NCBI GenBank assembly: GCA_964501035.1
Contig: CAZCRK010000009.1
Location: 1 to 39,407, forward strand
Direction: 5' to 3'
DNA: 39,407 nucleotides
The notes beneath the pieces were generated by a model. The model searched no databases, was not told the origin of the DNA, and saw only the letters and a list, made by a program, of their open reading frames with translations. The position numbers were made by a program, and so were the translations under genes. Within the stretch, counting starts at the first letter, position 1, and every line of letters begins with the position of its first letter. Positions 10,857 to 19,937 of this stretch are shown one piece after another.

Positions 10857-11307
10857 TCAACTCCTCTAATAAAATCTTTCCTTTCATATAATCATTGTAC
10901 ACAGAATCTAAGATTCCATTAACAAAACTGCTACTGTCTTTTGTACTAAAATCTTTTGCAATTTCGACCCCTTCTGCAATAGATACTTTGGGTGGAATTT
11001 CATTCACTAATAGCATTTCTGTTAAGGATAATCGTAGAATTAATTTATCCATTAATGTAATACGATTTATATCCCAATTTTTAGAACGATTCACAATATA
11101 GCTATCCATCTTTTCACTATTTTTTAATGTTAATCGAGCTAAAATACTCGCATATTTAATAACATTAGGATTATCATTCTCCTCGAAGAGAAAAGACAAT
11201 GTCGTATTCATATCTGAACCATTTAGTTCTTGAGCATAGACTGCCTGTAGGGCAGCAACACGACACCGCCTTTTCTCTTTACGAGTCATTTTACTGTTTT
11301 CAGACAT
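10840..11307 (-). CDS. nusB: Transcription antitermination factor NusB
   Basis: Arg-rich [41 protein letters not shown]. Confidence 0.96.
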   Translation of the reverse strand: MSENSKMTRKEKRRCRVAALQAVYAQELNGSDMNTTLSFLFEENDNPNVIKYASILARLTLKNSEKMDSYIVNRSKNWDINRITLMDKLILRLSLTEMLLVNEIPPKVSIAEGVEIAKDFSTKDSSSFVNGILDSVYNDYMKGKILLEELNGDIN

Positions 11308-12400
11308 TTCTTATTTTAAATGATTTTTTATACGGCAGATAAAAGGATTTAAGATCACCAATTTTTCGTATTCTATCTTCTGCTTGCTTATCAGAAGCCA
11401 TATTTGTTGAAATACCATCTTCTTTTGAGCGTTTGAAGATTTCCATTAGCATATCATAAATACCTTCTGCTTGACTAAATGCCCTCTCTTGATTATATCC
11501 TTCCAATTCATTAGAAACATTAATCAATCCACCTGCATTTATGGCATAATCTGGTGCATACAAAATATTATTCTTCATTAAGTCTGTACCATGTTTGTCT
11601 GGGTCTTTGAGAACATTATTTGCACCACCTGCTACTACAGTGCATTTTAATTGTGGAATTGTCGAATCATTCACAGTTGCACCTAACGCACATGGAGCAT
11701 AAACGTCAACATCCAAACCATAAATTTCATCCAAGCCAACCGCATTTGCTCCAAATCTTTCAACTGCAGTATCTATCAATCCTTGATCAATATCTGTAAC
11801 ATACAATTGAGCACCTTCTTTGTGTAAATACTCAGCAAGATACATTCCAACATGGCCAAGGCCTTGAATAGACACTTTTAAGCCATCGAGTTCATTACAA
11901 TCTAACCTTTCTTTTACCGCAGCTTTTAATCCCATAAAAACACCAAATGAAGTTACAGGAGATGGATCACCGCTACCGCCAAGTGATTTGGAAATACCGG
12001 TTACATAATTGGTTTCCATTCGGACATGTTCCATGTCTTTCAAACTTGTACCCACATCTTCAGCTGTAATATATCGACCACCTAAGCCTTCAACAAACCG
12101 GCCAAATGAACGAAATAAATTTTCTGATTTATCCGTTTTTGAATTACCAATGATGACAGCTTTACCACCACCTAGATTTAATCCAGCAATTGCTGCTTTA
12201 TACGTCATCCCTTTTGAGAGTCGTAGTACATCCACTAATGCTTCTTCTTCTGATGCATAGTTCCACATTCTGCAACCACCCAAAGCGGGTCCAAGTACAG
12301 TATTATGAATTGCAACAATTCCTTTTAACCCGGAATGTGGATCACTAAAAAAAGTAATCTGTTCATGACCACGTGAATATGTTTCTTCAAATATTTTCAT
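11300..12400 (-). CDS. ldh: Leucine dehydrogenase (Glu/Leu/Phe/Val dehydrogenase family)
   Basis: LGPALGGCR, LSKGMTYK, GGGKAVI, ITAEDVGT, QGLGHVG, PCALG, GGANN, APDYAINAGG. Confidence 0.93.
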   Translation of the reverse strand: MKIFEETYSRGHEQITFFSDPHSGLKGIVAIHNTVLGPALGGCRMWNYASEEEALVDVLRLSKGMTYKAAIAGLNLGGGKAVIIGNSKTDKSENLFRSFGRFVEGLGGRYITAEDVGTSLKDMEHVRMETNYVTGISKSLGGSGDPSPVTSFGVFMGLKAAVKERLDCNELDGLKVSIQGLGHVGMYLAEYLHKEGAQLYVTDIDQGLIDTAVERFGANAVGLDEIYGLDVDVYAPCALGATVNDSTIPQLKCTVVAGGANNVLKDPDKHGTDLMKNNILYAPDYAINAGGLINVSNELEGYNQERAFSQAEGIYDMLMEIFKRSKEDGISTNMASDKQAEDRIRKIGDLKSFYLPYKKSFKIRNV

Positions 12401-12418
12401 TTTGAATCCTTTCTTAAT

Positions 12419-13558
12419 CTATTTAAGTAATGTGCGAGCAATTACCATGCGTTGAATTTCAGAGGTTCCTTCATAAATTTGTGTAATTTTCGCATCTCTC
12501 ATAAGTCTTTCGACCCCTGTTTCACGAATGAAACCATTTCCACCATGGATTTGTACGCATTGTGTAGAAGCAAACATTGATGCTTCAGATGCATATACTT
12601 TTGCCATGGATGCCATATGCCCATACTTCATTTTTTTATCTTTCATCCATGCAGCTTTATGAATCAACATTCTGGCTGATTCTATTTGCATAGCCATATC
12701 TGCTAATTTAAACTGCACACCTTGATTTTCGGCAATGGGCTTGCCAAACTGAACTCGGTCTTTTGAATAACTTATGGCTGCTTCCAATGATGCTTGAGCA
12801 ATTCCCAATGCTTGTGCTGCAATGCCAATTCTTCCACCATCTAACGTTGCCAAAGCTATTCTAAAACCATCGCCTTCTTCTCCCAATCTGTTTTCAACGG
12901 GTACTTTTACATTGTCAAAATACAATTCAGTTGTATCGGATGCACGGATTCCTAATTTATTCTCAGGTTTTCCAACACTATATCCTTCCCAGCCTTTTTC
13001 AACCAAGAAGCATGAAATCCCCTTATATCCCACCCCTTGTTTTGTTACTGCAAAGAGCATTACATAATCGCAACTTTTCCCGTTTGTTACCCAATTTTTT
13101 GTTCCATTCACTATATAGTGATCACCATCTCGCTTGGCGATTGTAATCATATTTGATGCATCCGAACCTGATTGTGGTTCAGACAAAGAAAATGCGCCGA
13201 GTTTTTCACCCGATGCCAATCGTGTGAGATATTTTTCCTTAATTGCATCACTTCCGTAACTTTGAACGAGATAACATACCAATGAATTGTTTACGGACAT
13301 CACCACTGATGCAGACGCATCTACTTTTGAAATTTCTTCCATTGCTAACGTATAGGAAATTGCATCCATTCCACCCCCATTCCATTTGGGGTCAACCATC
13401 ATACCCATAAAACCTAATTCAGCCATTTTTTCAATTCCTTCTTTTGGCCAAATTTTCTTTTCATCCCGTTCAATTACACCGGGAAGCAATTCATCAACTG
13501 CAAATTCACGTGCAGTTTGTTGTATCATACGTTGTTCTTCAGATAATTCAAAATTCAT
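12419..13558 (-). CDS. Short/branched-chain acyl-CoA dehydrogenase
   Basis: FSLSEPQSGSDA, NGTKNWVTNG, KLGIRAS, LDGGRIGIAAQ, QIHGGNG, RDAKITQIYEGTSEIQ. Confidence 0.96.
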   Translation of the reverse strand: MNFELSEEQRMIQQTAREFAVDELLPGVIERDEKKIWPKEGIEKMAELGFMGMMVDPKWNGGGMDAISYTLAMEEISKVDASASVVMSVNNSLVCYLVQSYGSDAIKEKYLTRLASGEKLGAFSLSEPQSGSDASNMITIAKRDGDHYIVNGTKNWVTNGKSCDYVMLFAVTKQGVGYKGISCFLVEKGWEGYSVGKPENKLGIRASDTTELYFDNVKVPVENRLGEEGDGFRIALATLDGGRIGIAAQALGIAQASLEAAISYSKDRVQFGKPIAENQGVQFKLADMAMQIESARMLIHKAAWMKDKKMKYGHMASMAKVYASEASMFASTQCVQIHGGNGFIRETGVERLMRDAKITQIYEGTSEIQRMVIARTLLK

Positions 13559-13601
13559 TTATTTTTCCTCACTTTTAAAACTTTCAACTCTTCACTTTTT
13601 C

Positions 13602-14447
13602 CTAATTGTAGTAGTAAAACCCTTTGCCTGTTTTTCGTCCTAATGTGCCAGCTGAAACCATTCGTTTTAGGAGTGGACAAGGCCGATACTTACTATCACC
13701 TAAATCTTTATGAAGTACTTCCATAATTGCCAAACATACATCCAATCCAATTAAATCTGCCAAAGTCAAAGGACCCATAGGATGTGCCATTCCCAGTTTC
13801 ATTATTTGATCAATGGCTTCAGCTTCAGCAACACCCTCCATTAAACAGTATACTGCTTCATTTATCATTGGCATTAAAATTCTGTTTGCAACAAATCCAG
13901 GGTAATCATTGCATTCGACTGGAATTTTACCCATTTGTTTCGACAATTGCACCACAGTTTGTGTTGTTGCATCATCGGTTAAATGACCCCGAATAATCTC
14001 AATCAATTTCATCATAGGAACTGGATTCATAAAATGCATTCCAATAACTTTTTCAGGTCGATTGGTTTTAGATGCAATAGATGTTATAGAAATTGATGAT
14101 GTATTGGTTGCCAAAATTGTATCTTCTGAGCAAATTTTATCTAGTTGTGTGAAAATGGATGCCTTAATATCTGGGTTTTCAGATGCAGCTTCAACCACAA
14201 TATTGCTATCTGATAGTACATTCATATCCGTTGTTATTGTAATTTTATCTAGTGCAGACATTTTATCAGCATTGGATATTTTTTCTTTTTGAACTTGCCT
14301 ATCCAAATTCTTAGTAATGGTTGCAATCCCTTTTTCTAAGAATTCTTCTTTAATATCAACCAGTACAACATCAAACCCACTCAGTGCTGATACATGGGCA
14401 ATACCATTTCCCATTGTTCCAGCACCAATAATACCAATTTTAGTCAT
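13602..14447 (-). CDS. hbd: 3-hydroxybutyryl-CoA dehydrogenase
   Basis: [55 protein letters not shown]. Confidence 0.95.
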   Translation of the reverse strand: MTKIGIIGAGTMGNGIAHVSALSGFDVVLVDIKEEFLEKGIATITKNLDRQVQKEKISNADKMSALDKITITTDMNVLSDSNIVVEAASENPDIKASIFTQLDKICSEDTILATNTSSISITSIASKTNRPEKVIGMHFMNPVPMMKLIEIIRGHLTDDATTQTVVQLSKQMGKIPVECNDYPGFVANRILMPMINEAVYCLMEGVAEAEAIDQIMKLGMAHPMGPLTLADLIGLDVCLAIMEVLHKDLGDSKYRPCPLLKRMVSAGTLGRKTGKGFYYYN

Positions 14448-15622
14448 TATATTTTCTCCACAATTAACGCAGCCGCTTCACCGCCACCAATACAAAGAGT
14501 AGCAAGCCCACGTGATTTGTTTTTTACATTCATCGCATTTAACAACGTAACCAAAACTCGAGCACCCGATGCGCCAATTGGATGACCCAGTGAAACTGCA
14601 CCACCAAAAACATTCACTTTATCGTGAGAAATATTATGTTCACGCATGGCAGCAAGAGTAACATTCGAAAATGCCTCATTGATTTCAAACAGATCAATCT
14701 CATCGATTGTCAAATTTGCTTTGGATAATACTTTTGTCATTGATTTACCCGGTGCAGTTGTAAAATAGATGGGCTCCTGTGCAGCTGAAGCTTGAGACAC
14801 AATGCGTGCAACGGGTGTAATCCCTAGTTCTTTTGCTTTCGTTTCTGACATTAAAACAAGGACAGCAGCTCCATCATTTATACTGCTTGCATTTGCAGCA
14901 GTTATTGTACCCTCTTTGTCAAATGCTGGTCTTAGCTTAGCCAATTTATCAGGTCGGCCTTTTCCGGGTTCTTCATCGGTATCCACTATGATTGGTTCTC
15001 CTCGTCGTTGTGGAACCTCAACTGGTGTAATTTCATCTTTGAATGAACCATTTTCAATTGCTTCAAGTGACCGCCTATACGATTCTTGAGCAAATGCATC
15101 TTGTTCTTCTCGAGAATAATTATCTTCTTTTGCCAAATGTTCAGCACAATTCCCCATGTGTACATTGTCGTAAGGATCCCAAAGACCATCATGAATCATT
15201 CCATCAATGACTTGTTTATGTCCCATTCTGTGTCCACTACGTGCTTGCGGGAGATAATAGGGAACTTGACTCATGTTTTCCATGCCACCTGCAACAATTA
15301 TATCAGCATCACCTGCTTTTATCGCTTGGTCAGCTAGCATGACTGCTTTAAGTCCAGAACCACATACTTTATTTATGGTTAAACATTCAACAGATTTAGG
15401 GAGTTCTGCATAAATGGAAGCTTGTCTTGCTGGAGCTTGCCCAATACCTGCTGTTAATACATTTCCCATAATCACTTCATCCACCATTGAAGGGTCAATG
15501 CCAGCTTTAGCAATGACAGATTTTATTGCAATGGCTCCCAATTTTGGAGCAGAAATTGAACTTAATGAACCATTAAAAGAACCAATAGGGGTTCGAGAAA
15601 AAGAAACAATTACAGAATTCAT
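14447..15622 (-). CDS. atoB: Acetyl-CoA C-acetyltransferase (thiolase)
   Basis: [37 protein letters not shown]. Confidence 0.94.
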   Translation of the reverse strand: MNSVIVSFSRTPIGSFNGSLSSISAPKLGAIAIKSVIAKAGIDPSMVDEVIMGNVLTAGIGQAPARQASIYAELPKSVECLTINKVCGSGLKAVMLADQAIKAGDADIIVAGGMENMSQVPYYLPQARSGHRMGHKQVIDGMIHDGLWDPYDNVHMGNCAEHLAKEDNYSREEQDAFAQESYRRSLEAIENGSFKDEITPVEVPQRRGEPIIVDTDEEPGKGRPDKLAKLRPAFDKEGTITAANASSINDGAAVLVLMSETKAKELGITPVARIVSQASAAQEPIYFTTAPGKSMTKVLSKANLTIDEIDLFEINEAFSNVTLAAMREHNISHDKVNVFGGAVSLGHPIGASGARVLVTLLNAMNVKNKSRGLATLCIGGGEAAALIVEKI

Positions 15623-16575
15623 TTTTTATCCTTCCCATTCTTTGCATACGCTTTAATTATATTTTTAACTAACTTATGTCGGACAACATCGTTTTCATCA
15701 AACTGGACAAATGCAATACCATCGACATTTTTTAAAATATGAGTTGCATCAATCAAGCCAGACTTATCAGAAGGAGGTAAATCAATTTGTGTAATATCTC
15801 CCGTAATAATTGCTTTAGACGTTACCCCTAAACGTGTTAAAAACATTTTCATTTGCATGCGAGTTGCATTTTGAGCTTCATCTAATATCATAAATGCATT
15901 ATGGAGAGTTCGTCCACGCATATATGCAAGGGGTGCAATTTCAATAGTTCTGCTATCTATATATAACTTGAGTTTATCACGGGGAATCATATTATTTAAG
16001 GCATCATACAGTGGGGTTAGATATGGATCCACTTTTTCTTTTAAATCTCCGGGGAGAAATCCCAAGCGCTCACCAGCCTCAACAGCAGGGCGAGTGATCA
16101 CAATTTTATCTACTTCACGATTTTTTAATGAGGCAACTGCTGATGCGACAGCTTGATAGGTTTTTCCTGTTCCTGCAGGTCCAATTGCAAAAACAATATC
16201 ATTTTGCAATACCGCATTTAAATAGTTTACTTGCCCTGGAGTTTTTGCATACACAGCACCTTGATGTGTATATAATACCACAGGGTCATCCTCACCATTA
16301 TCTTGGGCTCTTGCAGATGTGTGATCACTGGCTAAATTGAGGAGGGATGTTACATCTTCTTTGTCCACAAATCCTTTTTGATTTATGGTAAATAACATAT
16401 CCTGAATAACAGATTCAATAACTTGAATATCAGATTCTTCACCATCTAAACGAACTTCGGTTCCGCGAACCACAATACTCGTTTTAAAATTGGACTCCAG
16501 TACTTTAATATTTTGATCTTTCGCCCCACTAAAGGCAAGTGGATCAACTCCAGCAATGTCAATAATCTTTTTCAA
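15619..16575 (-). CDS. phoH: PhoH-family ATPase (YbeZ-like) with N-terminal KH-like region
   Basis: GPAGTGKTY, RPAVEAGERLGFLPGD, PLAYMRGRT, DEAQN, GDITQIDL, DVVRH. TTG start. Confidence 0.95.
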   Translation of the reverse strand: MKKIIDIAGVDPLAFSGAKDQNIKVLESNFKTSIVVRGTEVRLDGEESDIQVIESVIQDMLFTINQKGFVDKEDVTSLLNLASDHTSARAQDNGEDDPVVLYTHQGAVYAKTPGQVNYLNAVLQNDIVFAIGPAGTGKTYQAVASAVASLKNREVDKIVITRPAVEAGERLGFLPGDLKEKVDPYLTPLYDALNNMIPRDKLKLYIDSRTIEIAPLAYMRGRTLHNAFMILDEAQNATRMQMKMFLTRLGVTSKAIITGDITQIDLPPSDKSGLIDATHILKNVDGIAFVQFDENDVVRHKLVKNIIKAYAKNGKDKK

Positions 16576-16603
16576 AAAAACTCTCTAATTCAATAAATTA
16601 AAT

Positions 16604-16637
16604 AAAAAAAGCCCGTTTCCCAATGGGAAATGAGCTT
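16604..16637 (-). terminator. Intrinsic terminator ~30 nt upstream of phoH
   Basis: Minus strand AAGCTCATTTCCC-ATT-GGGAAACGGGCTT followed by a T run. Confidence 0.8.
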
Positions 16638-16678
16638 ACATTTATAACCTGTAAATTAAACCTTTCATAAAGCATGGT

Positions 16679-16706
16679 AATTTACACATCTTTATCCTAT
16701 TTTCAA
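16679..16706 (-). promoter_or_regulatory. Putative sigma70-type promoter
   Basis: Minus strand TTGAAA-16 nt-TAAATT, with TGTG just before the -10 box. Confidence 0.5.
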
Positions 16707-16758
16707 TTGAGTTTTCTTGAATGGTTATATTGAAGGAAATAGGGGTGAATGGTTGTAA

Positions 16759-17172
16759 TTAAACAACATAGCTAAACTTAACAACTCGTTTTATATCTGG
16801 GTGTAAACTATTGCACACTGGGCAACACGTAGCTTGAAACTCTAACAACTCTTTCTCTTGAGTTGTAAACGACTTATTAAATATAAATTCAAGATGAATT
16901 TCGGTTATTCTTCGAGGATTAGTCCCCATAATTTTAGTTACCTTGACTTTGGTTCCATTAATATTGATTCCATTTTTTTCAGCTTCGATTCCCATTATAG
17001 TCAAAATACAACTACCCAATGCTGAAGCAACTGTATCCGTTGGAGAAAATGCCTCCCCTTTTCCATTATTATCTGTAGGTGCATCGGTTATAATTGCGTC
17101 ACCAGATTGCAAATGGATTGATGAAACCCTAAGGTTTCCTTCATATTTCAATTCAATTTGATGTTCTTTCAT
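16759..17172 (-). CDS. OsmC/Ohr-family protein
   Basis: TDAPTDNNGKGEAFSPTD, ALGSC, CPVCNSL. ATG overlaps the upstream stop (TAATG). Confidence 0.93.
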   Translation of the reverse strand: MKEHQIELKYEGNLRVSSIHLQSGDAIITDAPTDNNGKGEAFSPTDTVASALGSCILTIMGIEAEKNGININGTKVKVTKIMGTNPRRITEIHLEFIFNKSFTTQEKELLEFQATCCPVCNSLHPDIKRVVKFSYVV

Positions 17173-19646
17173 TATCTGTCTAATATGATGTTAACTGTCA
17201 TAATAATATCTAAAACATCTATCATTCCATCTTCATTAAAATCTGCTGATTGCATTTGATTCTCTGTTGGAACCCACCCGTTTATGACAAAATTTACCAT
17301 AATAATAACATCTTGAATATTTACATTTTCATCATCATTTACATCACCCATGATTATCTCGTATCCATCATTTAAGACAAAATCCCAAATTCCTCTACCA
17401 TAGGTTGCAAATCGAGCAGTATTTAACTCAGGTATAAAGTCAACAGTCCAGTAGGTTTGATCCGGTGCTGAAATTCCAGCTATAGATATCCATTCTTCTT
17501 CATTTTGAGAATACACATACGGTCCAACCTCTGTAGCAGCGAATAGAAGAATATCATCTGGTGTTCCGTACAGTTGATATACCAACGTATTGGGTAAACC
17601 ATTATCCATCGCAGTAAATGTTTGACCATGATTATATGAAACATACACCGGTGCATTGGAATATCCACTTCCACCAATGGTCACTTTGCCAAGTTCTTGA
17701 GCAGATGCCCAAATGGTAGAGCCATAAAAATATTGAGGAGTTGGTCCTGTAAAATTTGAGGTAACATTCCAGTTTTCACCATCATTCGAACTGTAATAAA
17801 ATTTACCATTTTCTGTCAAAACATAACGGTAAGAAGGATTGATAGGAGAGTATTCCATGGCAGAAACCGTTCCTGAAAAATTATAATTCTGCTCATTATA
17901 TATTATTTGATTCCCTTGAACCGAAAGCTCAATCAAGTGGTTTCCACCACTCACACCACCACCACCCAATATAGCTTTTTGTGCAGAATAGGGGTGTTCC
18001 ATTAAAGGAGCAAGCCACATGTGACCATTTCCTGGAAAATCTAATGAAATACTCCAATCAGAATGCTCAATATTTGAATAATAAATCGTAAAACCGGGAT
18101 AGTTTGTCCAAATACTGTGCCCATCATCATTGGATACTAGATGTCCATAATCACCACTTATAATTTGCTCAAAATCTCGAATTCCATTATTATCAACCAG
18201 ACTACGTTGTAAGCCTTGGTCTTGACTACCTGCAAAAATCGCATAGGGTTCGTGACGTTGAGTATATGTGGAATAATATTGACTTACCCCCAAGCCATTG
18301 AGCGAAAGATTATGTACAGAATTCAAATAATCATCTGAAGTATATAATCCTCCATCCGTAGAAATAAGGGCAATTTCATTATACTCATTATCAAGGAAAA
18401 ACCGAATCTCTGGAATATCAGCATGGAGTTTGCCTTCCATGTCATTGTAATAGTCATACCAGTTATTCACTAAGCTCCAATTGTTCGCACCATTTGTGCT
18501 ACCAAACAATTCCATTCCACCAATAAAAATTCTATCTCTTTCAAGGTTCGATGCATTGAAACTGTTTATGGTAAACCACCAATCTGAAGGACTGTTTCCT
18601 CTGTCAGACCATGTGTTTCCTCCGTTGGTTGAACGAAAAATTCTATCCCCAACATGCGCGTAAAAAAATGCTCCACTTACACCAGTCCCACCCGTCAACA
18701 AAACAGAATCTGAATAATTACCCGGAAGATCAGCAATCCAGTCAATATTATCATTTTCAATTTTGTAAAATGAGTTATCATTCAAAACATAAATAGCATC
18801 ATAAGTATAGCGAGGGGTGAAAATATCAAAATGTGATATACTTTCATTTGGAAGTCCTTGACTTGCATTTAGTGATAACACATGCTCAAAACTTTCCCCC
18901 AAATTAATAGATCGGTATATTGCTCGATTGCTTCCCTCATTAACAAGGGCATAAATATGATTGGTCTCAGCTTGCATCACCATTCTTCGCATATTTCCAT
19001 AAGATAGAAACTCCAATCCCGTTGCCTCATGCAAGGTTAAACAATCATCGTCCGAATAATAAAATCCTTTATCTGAACCAATCAATAAACGATTTAAATT
19101 TCCATTTTCAATAATTCGTAAAAATGTAATTCCTTTAATTTGCATATAGTCATTTAATGATTGCCAATTTTCACCCTCTAACGAACCTTTCCAAATATTA
19201 CCTCCGGAAGATGCGCAGTAAATTAGATTATTGTCAAAATCTATATCTGCAGTTCGAATTCTACCTGCTAAATTGTTGCTTCCTCGTTCAATCCATGTTC
19301 CTTCGATTTCACGTTCACGAATAATTTCATAATTATCTGTTAATTCAGAATGTAACCCATTCTGCAAAATGGATTGTCGTTTCACGCGTGTTTTCTTTGT
19401 GGTATTTTCTCGTGTAATCGCATCCATTTGTTTCCAATCATCATCTGGATGTGATCGGTACATGTTTTCCATCCATGCCTTACGATGTTTTTTGAGTTCT
19501 TTGCGTTTTTCTTTACGGATTACAAATTCAGTTGGGGTAGGTTGAGTTATCTGTTTCGTTTCTTTGAGGAGTTCAAACACAATACCTCCGACCAAAACAA
19601 CACACCCAAATAATACCCATTTTTTGTTAATTTTTTGAATATTCAT
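17172..19646 (-). CDS. Exported BNR/Asp-box (VPS10/sortilin-like) beta-propeller protein with C-terminal dockerin
   Basis: N-terminal hydrophobic segment; Asp-boxes SINLGESF, STNGGNTW, SNDGENW, SYNHGQTF; HADI, TDGGLY, GSQDQG, ATYGRGIW; duplicated GDVNDDENVNIQD / ADFNEDGMIDVLD at 17172-17351. Confidence 0.88.
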   Translation of the reverse strand: MNIQKINKKWVLFGCVVLVGGIVFELLKETKQITQPTPTEFVIRKEKRKELKKHRKAWMENMYRSHPDDDWKQMDAITRENTTKKTRVKRQSILQNGLHSELTDNYEIIREREIEGTWIERGSNNLAGRIRTADIDFDNNLIYCASSGGNIWKGSLEGENWQSLNDYMQIKGITFLRIIENGNLNRLLIGSDKGFYYSDDDCLTLHEATGLEFLSYGNMRRMVMQAETNHIYALVNEGSNRAIYRSINLGESFEHVLSLNASQGLPNESISHFDIFTPRYTYDAIYVLNDNSFYKIENDNIDWIADLPGNYSDSVLLTGGTGVSGAFFYAHVGDRIFRSTNGGNTWSDRGNSPSDWWFTINSFNASNLERDRIFIGGMELFGSTNGANNWSLVNNWYDYYNDMEGKLHADIPEIRFFLDNEYNEIALISTDGGLYTSDDYLNSVHNLSLNGLGVSQYYSTYTQRHEPYAIFAGSQDQGLQRSLVDNNGIRDFEQIISGDYGHLVSNDDGHSIWTNYPGFTIYYSNIEHSDWSISLDFPGNGHMWLAPLMEHPYSAQKAILGGGGVSGGNHLIELSVQGNQIIYNEQNYNFSGTVSAMEYSPINPSYRYVLTENGKFYYSSNDGENWNVTSNFTGPTPQYFYGSTIWASAQELGKVTIGGSGYSNAPVYVSYNHGQTFTAMDNGLPNTLVYQLYGTPDDILLFAATEVGPYVYSQNEEEWISIAGISAPDQTYWTVDFIPELNTARFATYGRGIWDFVLNDGYEIIMGDVNDDENVNIQDVIIMVNFVINGWVPTENQMQSADFNEDGMIDVLDIIMTVNIILDR

Positions 19647-19721
19647 GTTTCAATCTAAATTGAAAACTATATTTAATCATAGGGCGGAAATAAACTGTTA
19701 CAAAATTAAGTAAGGGGCGCG

Positions 19722-19888
19722 ACTAGTTAAAAGTTTAAAAAGTTGAAAGCAAAAAATGTCAGAACCTAATAACAAGAATCTTGGATCAAGGAGTTTGTAA
19801 TTATTAATTTTAAATCTTAATTCGTAATGCTGGATTCTGGTTACTTGAAACTTGGATTGGATATTGGATGTTGGATCTTGATGAGAGA
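19722..19888. repeat. Degenerate 7-nt periodic tandem repeat tract
   Basis: atcttgg atcaagg agtttgt aattatt aatttta aatctta attcgta atgctgg attctgg ttacttg aaacttg .. atattgg atgttgg atcttga. Confidence 0.6.
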
Positions 19889-19890
19889 AA

Positions 19891-19913
19891 CCCTTCGACA
19901 AGCTCAGAGTGAC
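19891..19913. repeat. REP-like element arm CCCTTCGACAAGCTCAGAGTGAC
   Basis: Matches the CTTCGACAAGCTCAG dispersed intergenic repeat that I recall from many Bacteroidota and other genomes. One arm only. Confidence 0.65.
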
Positions 19914-19937
19914 TAAAAGTGAACTATTAAATAAATT

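Noticed and set aside
12419..15622. Complete butyrate fermentation operon
   Set aside because: Crotonase, etfAB and terminal transferase/kinase genes are absent; context with Leu dehydrogenase fits catabolism equally well.
19698..19901. 67-aa ORF in the intergenic gap
   Set aside because: It is a translation of the heptamer tract and REP-like arm, with a TTG start, no RBS and no protein-like features.
19722..19913. CRISPR array
   Set aside because: No constant 23-47-nt repeats with unique spacers, and no cas genes.
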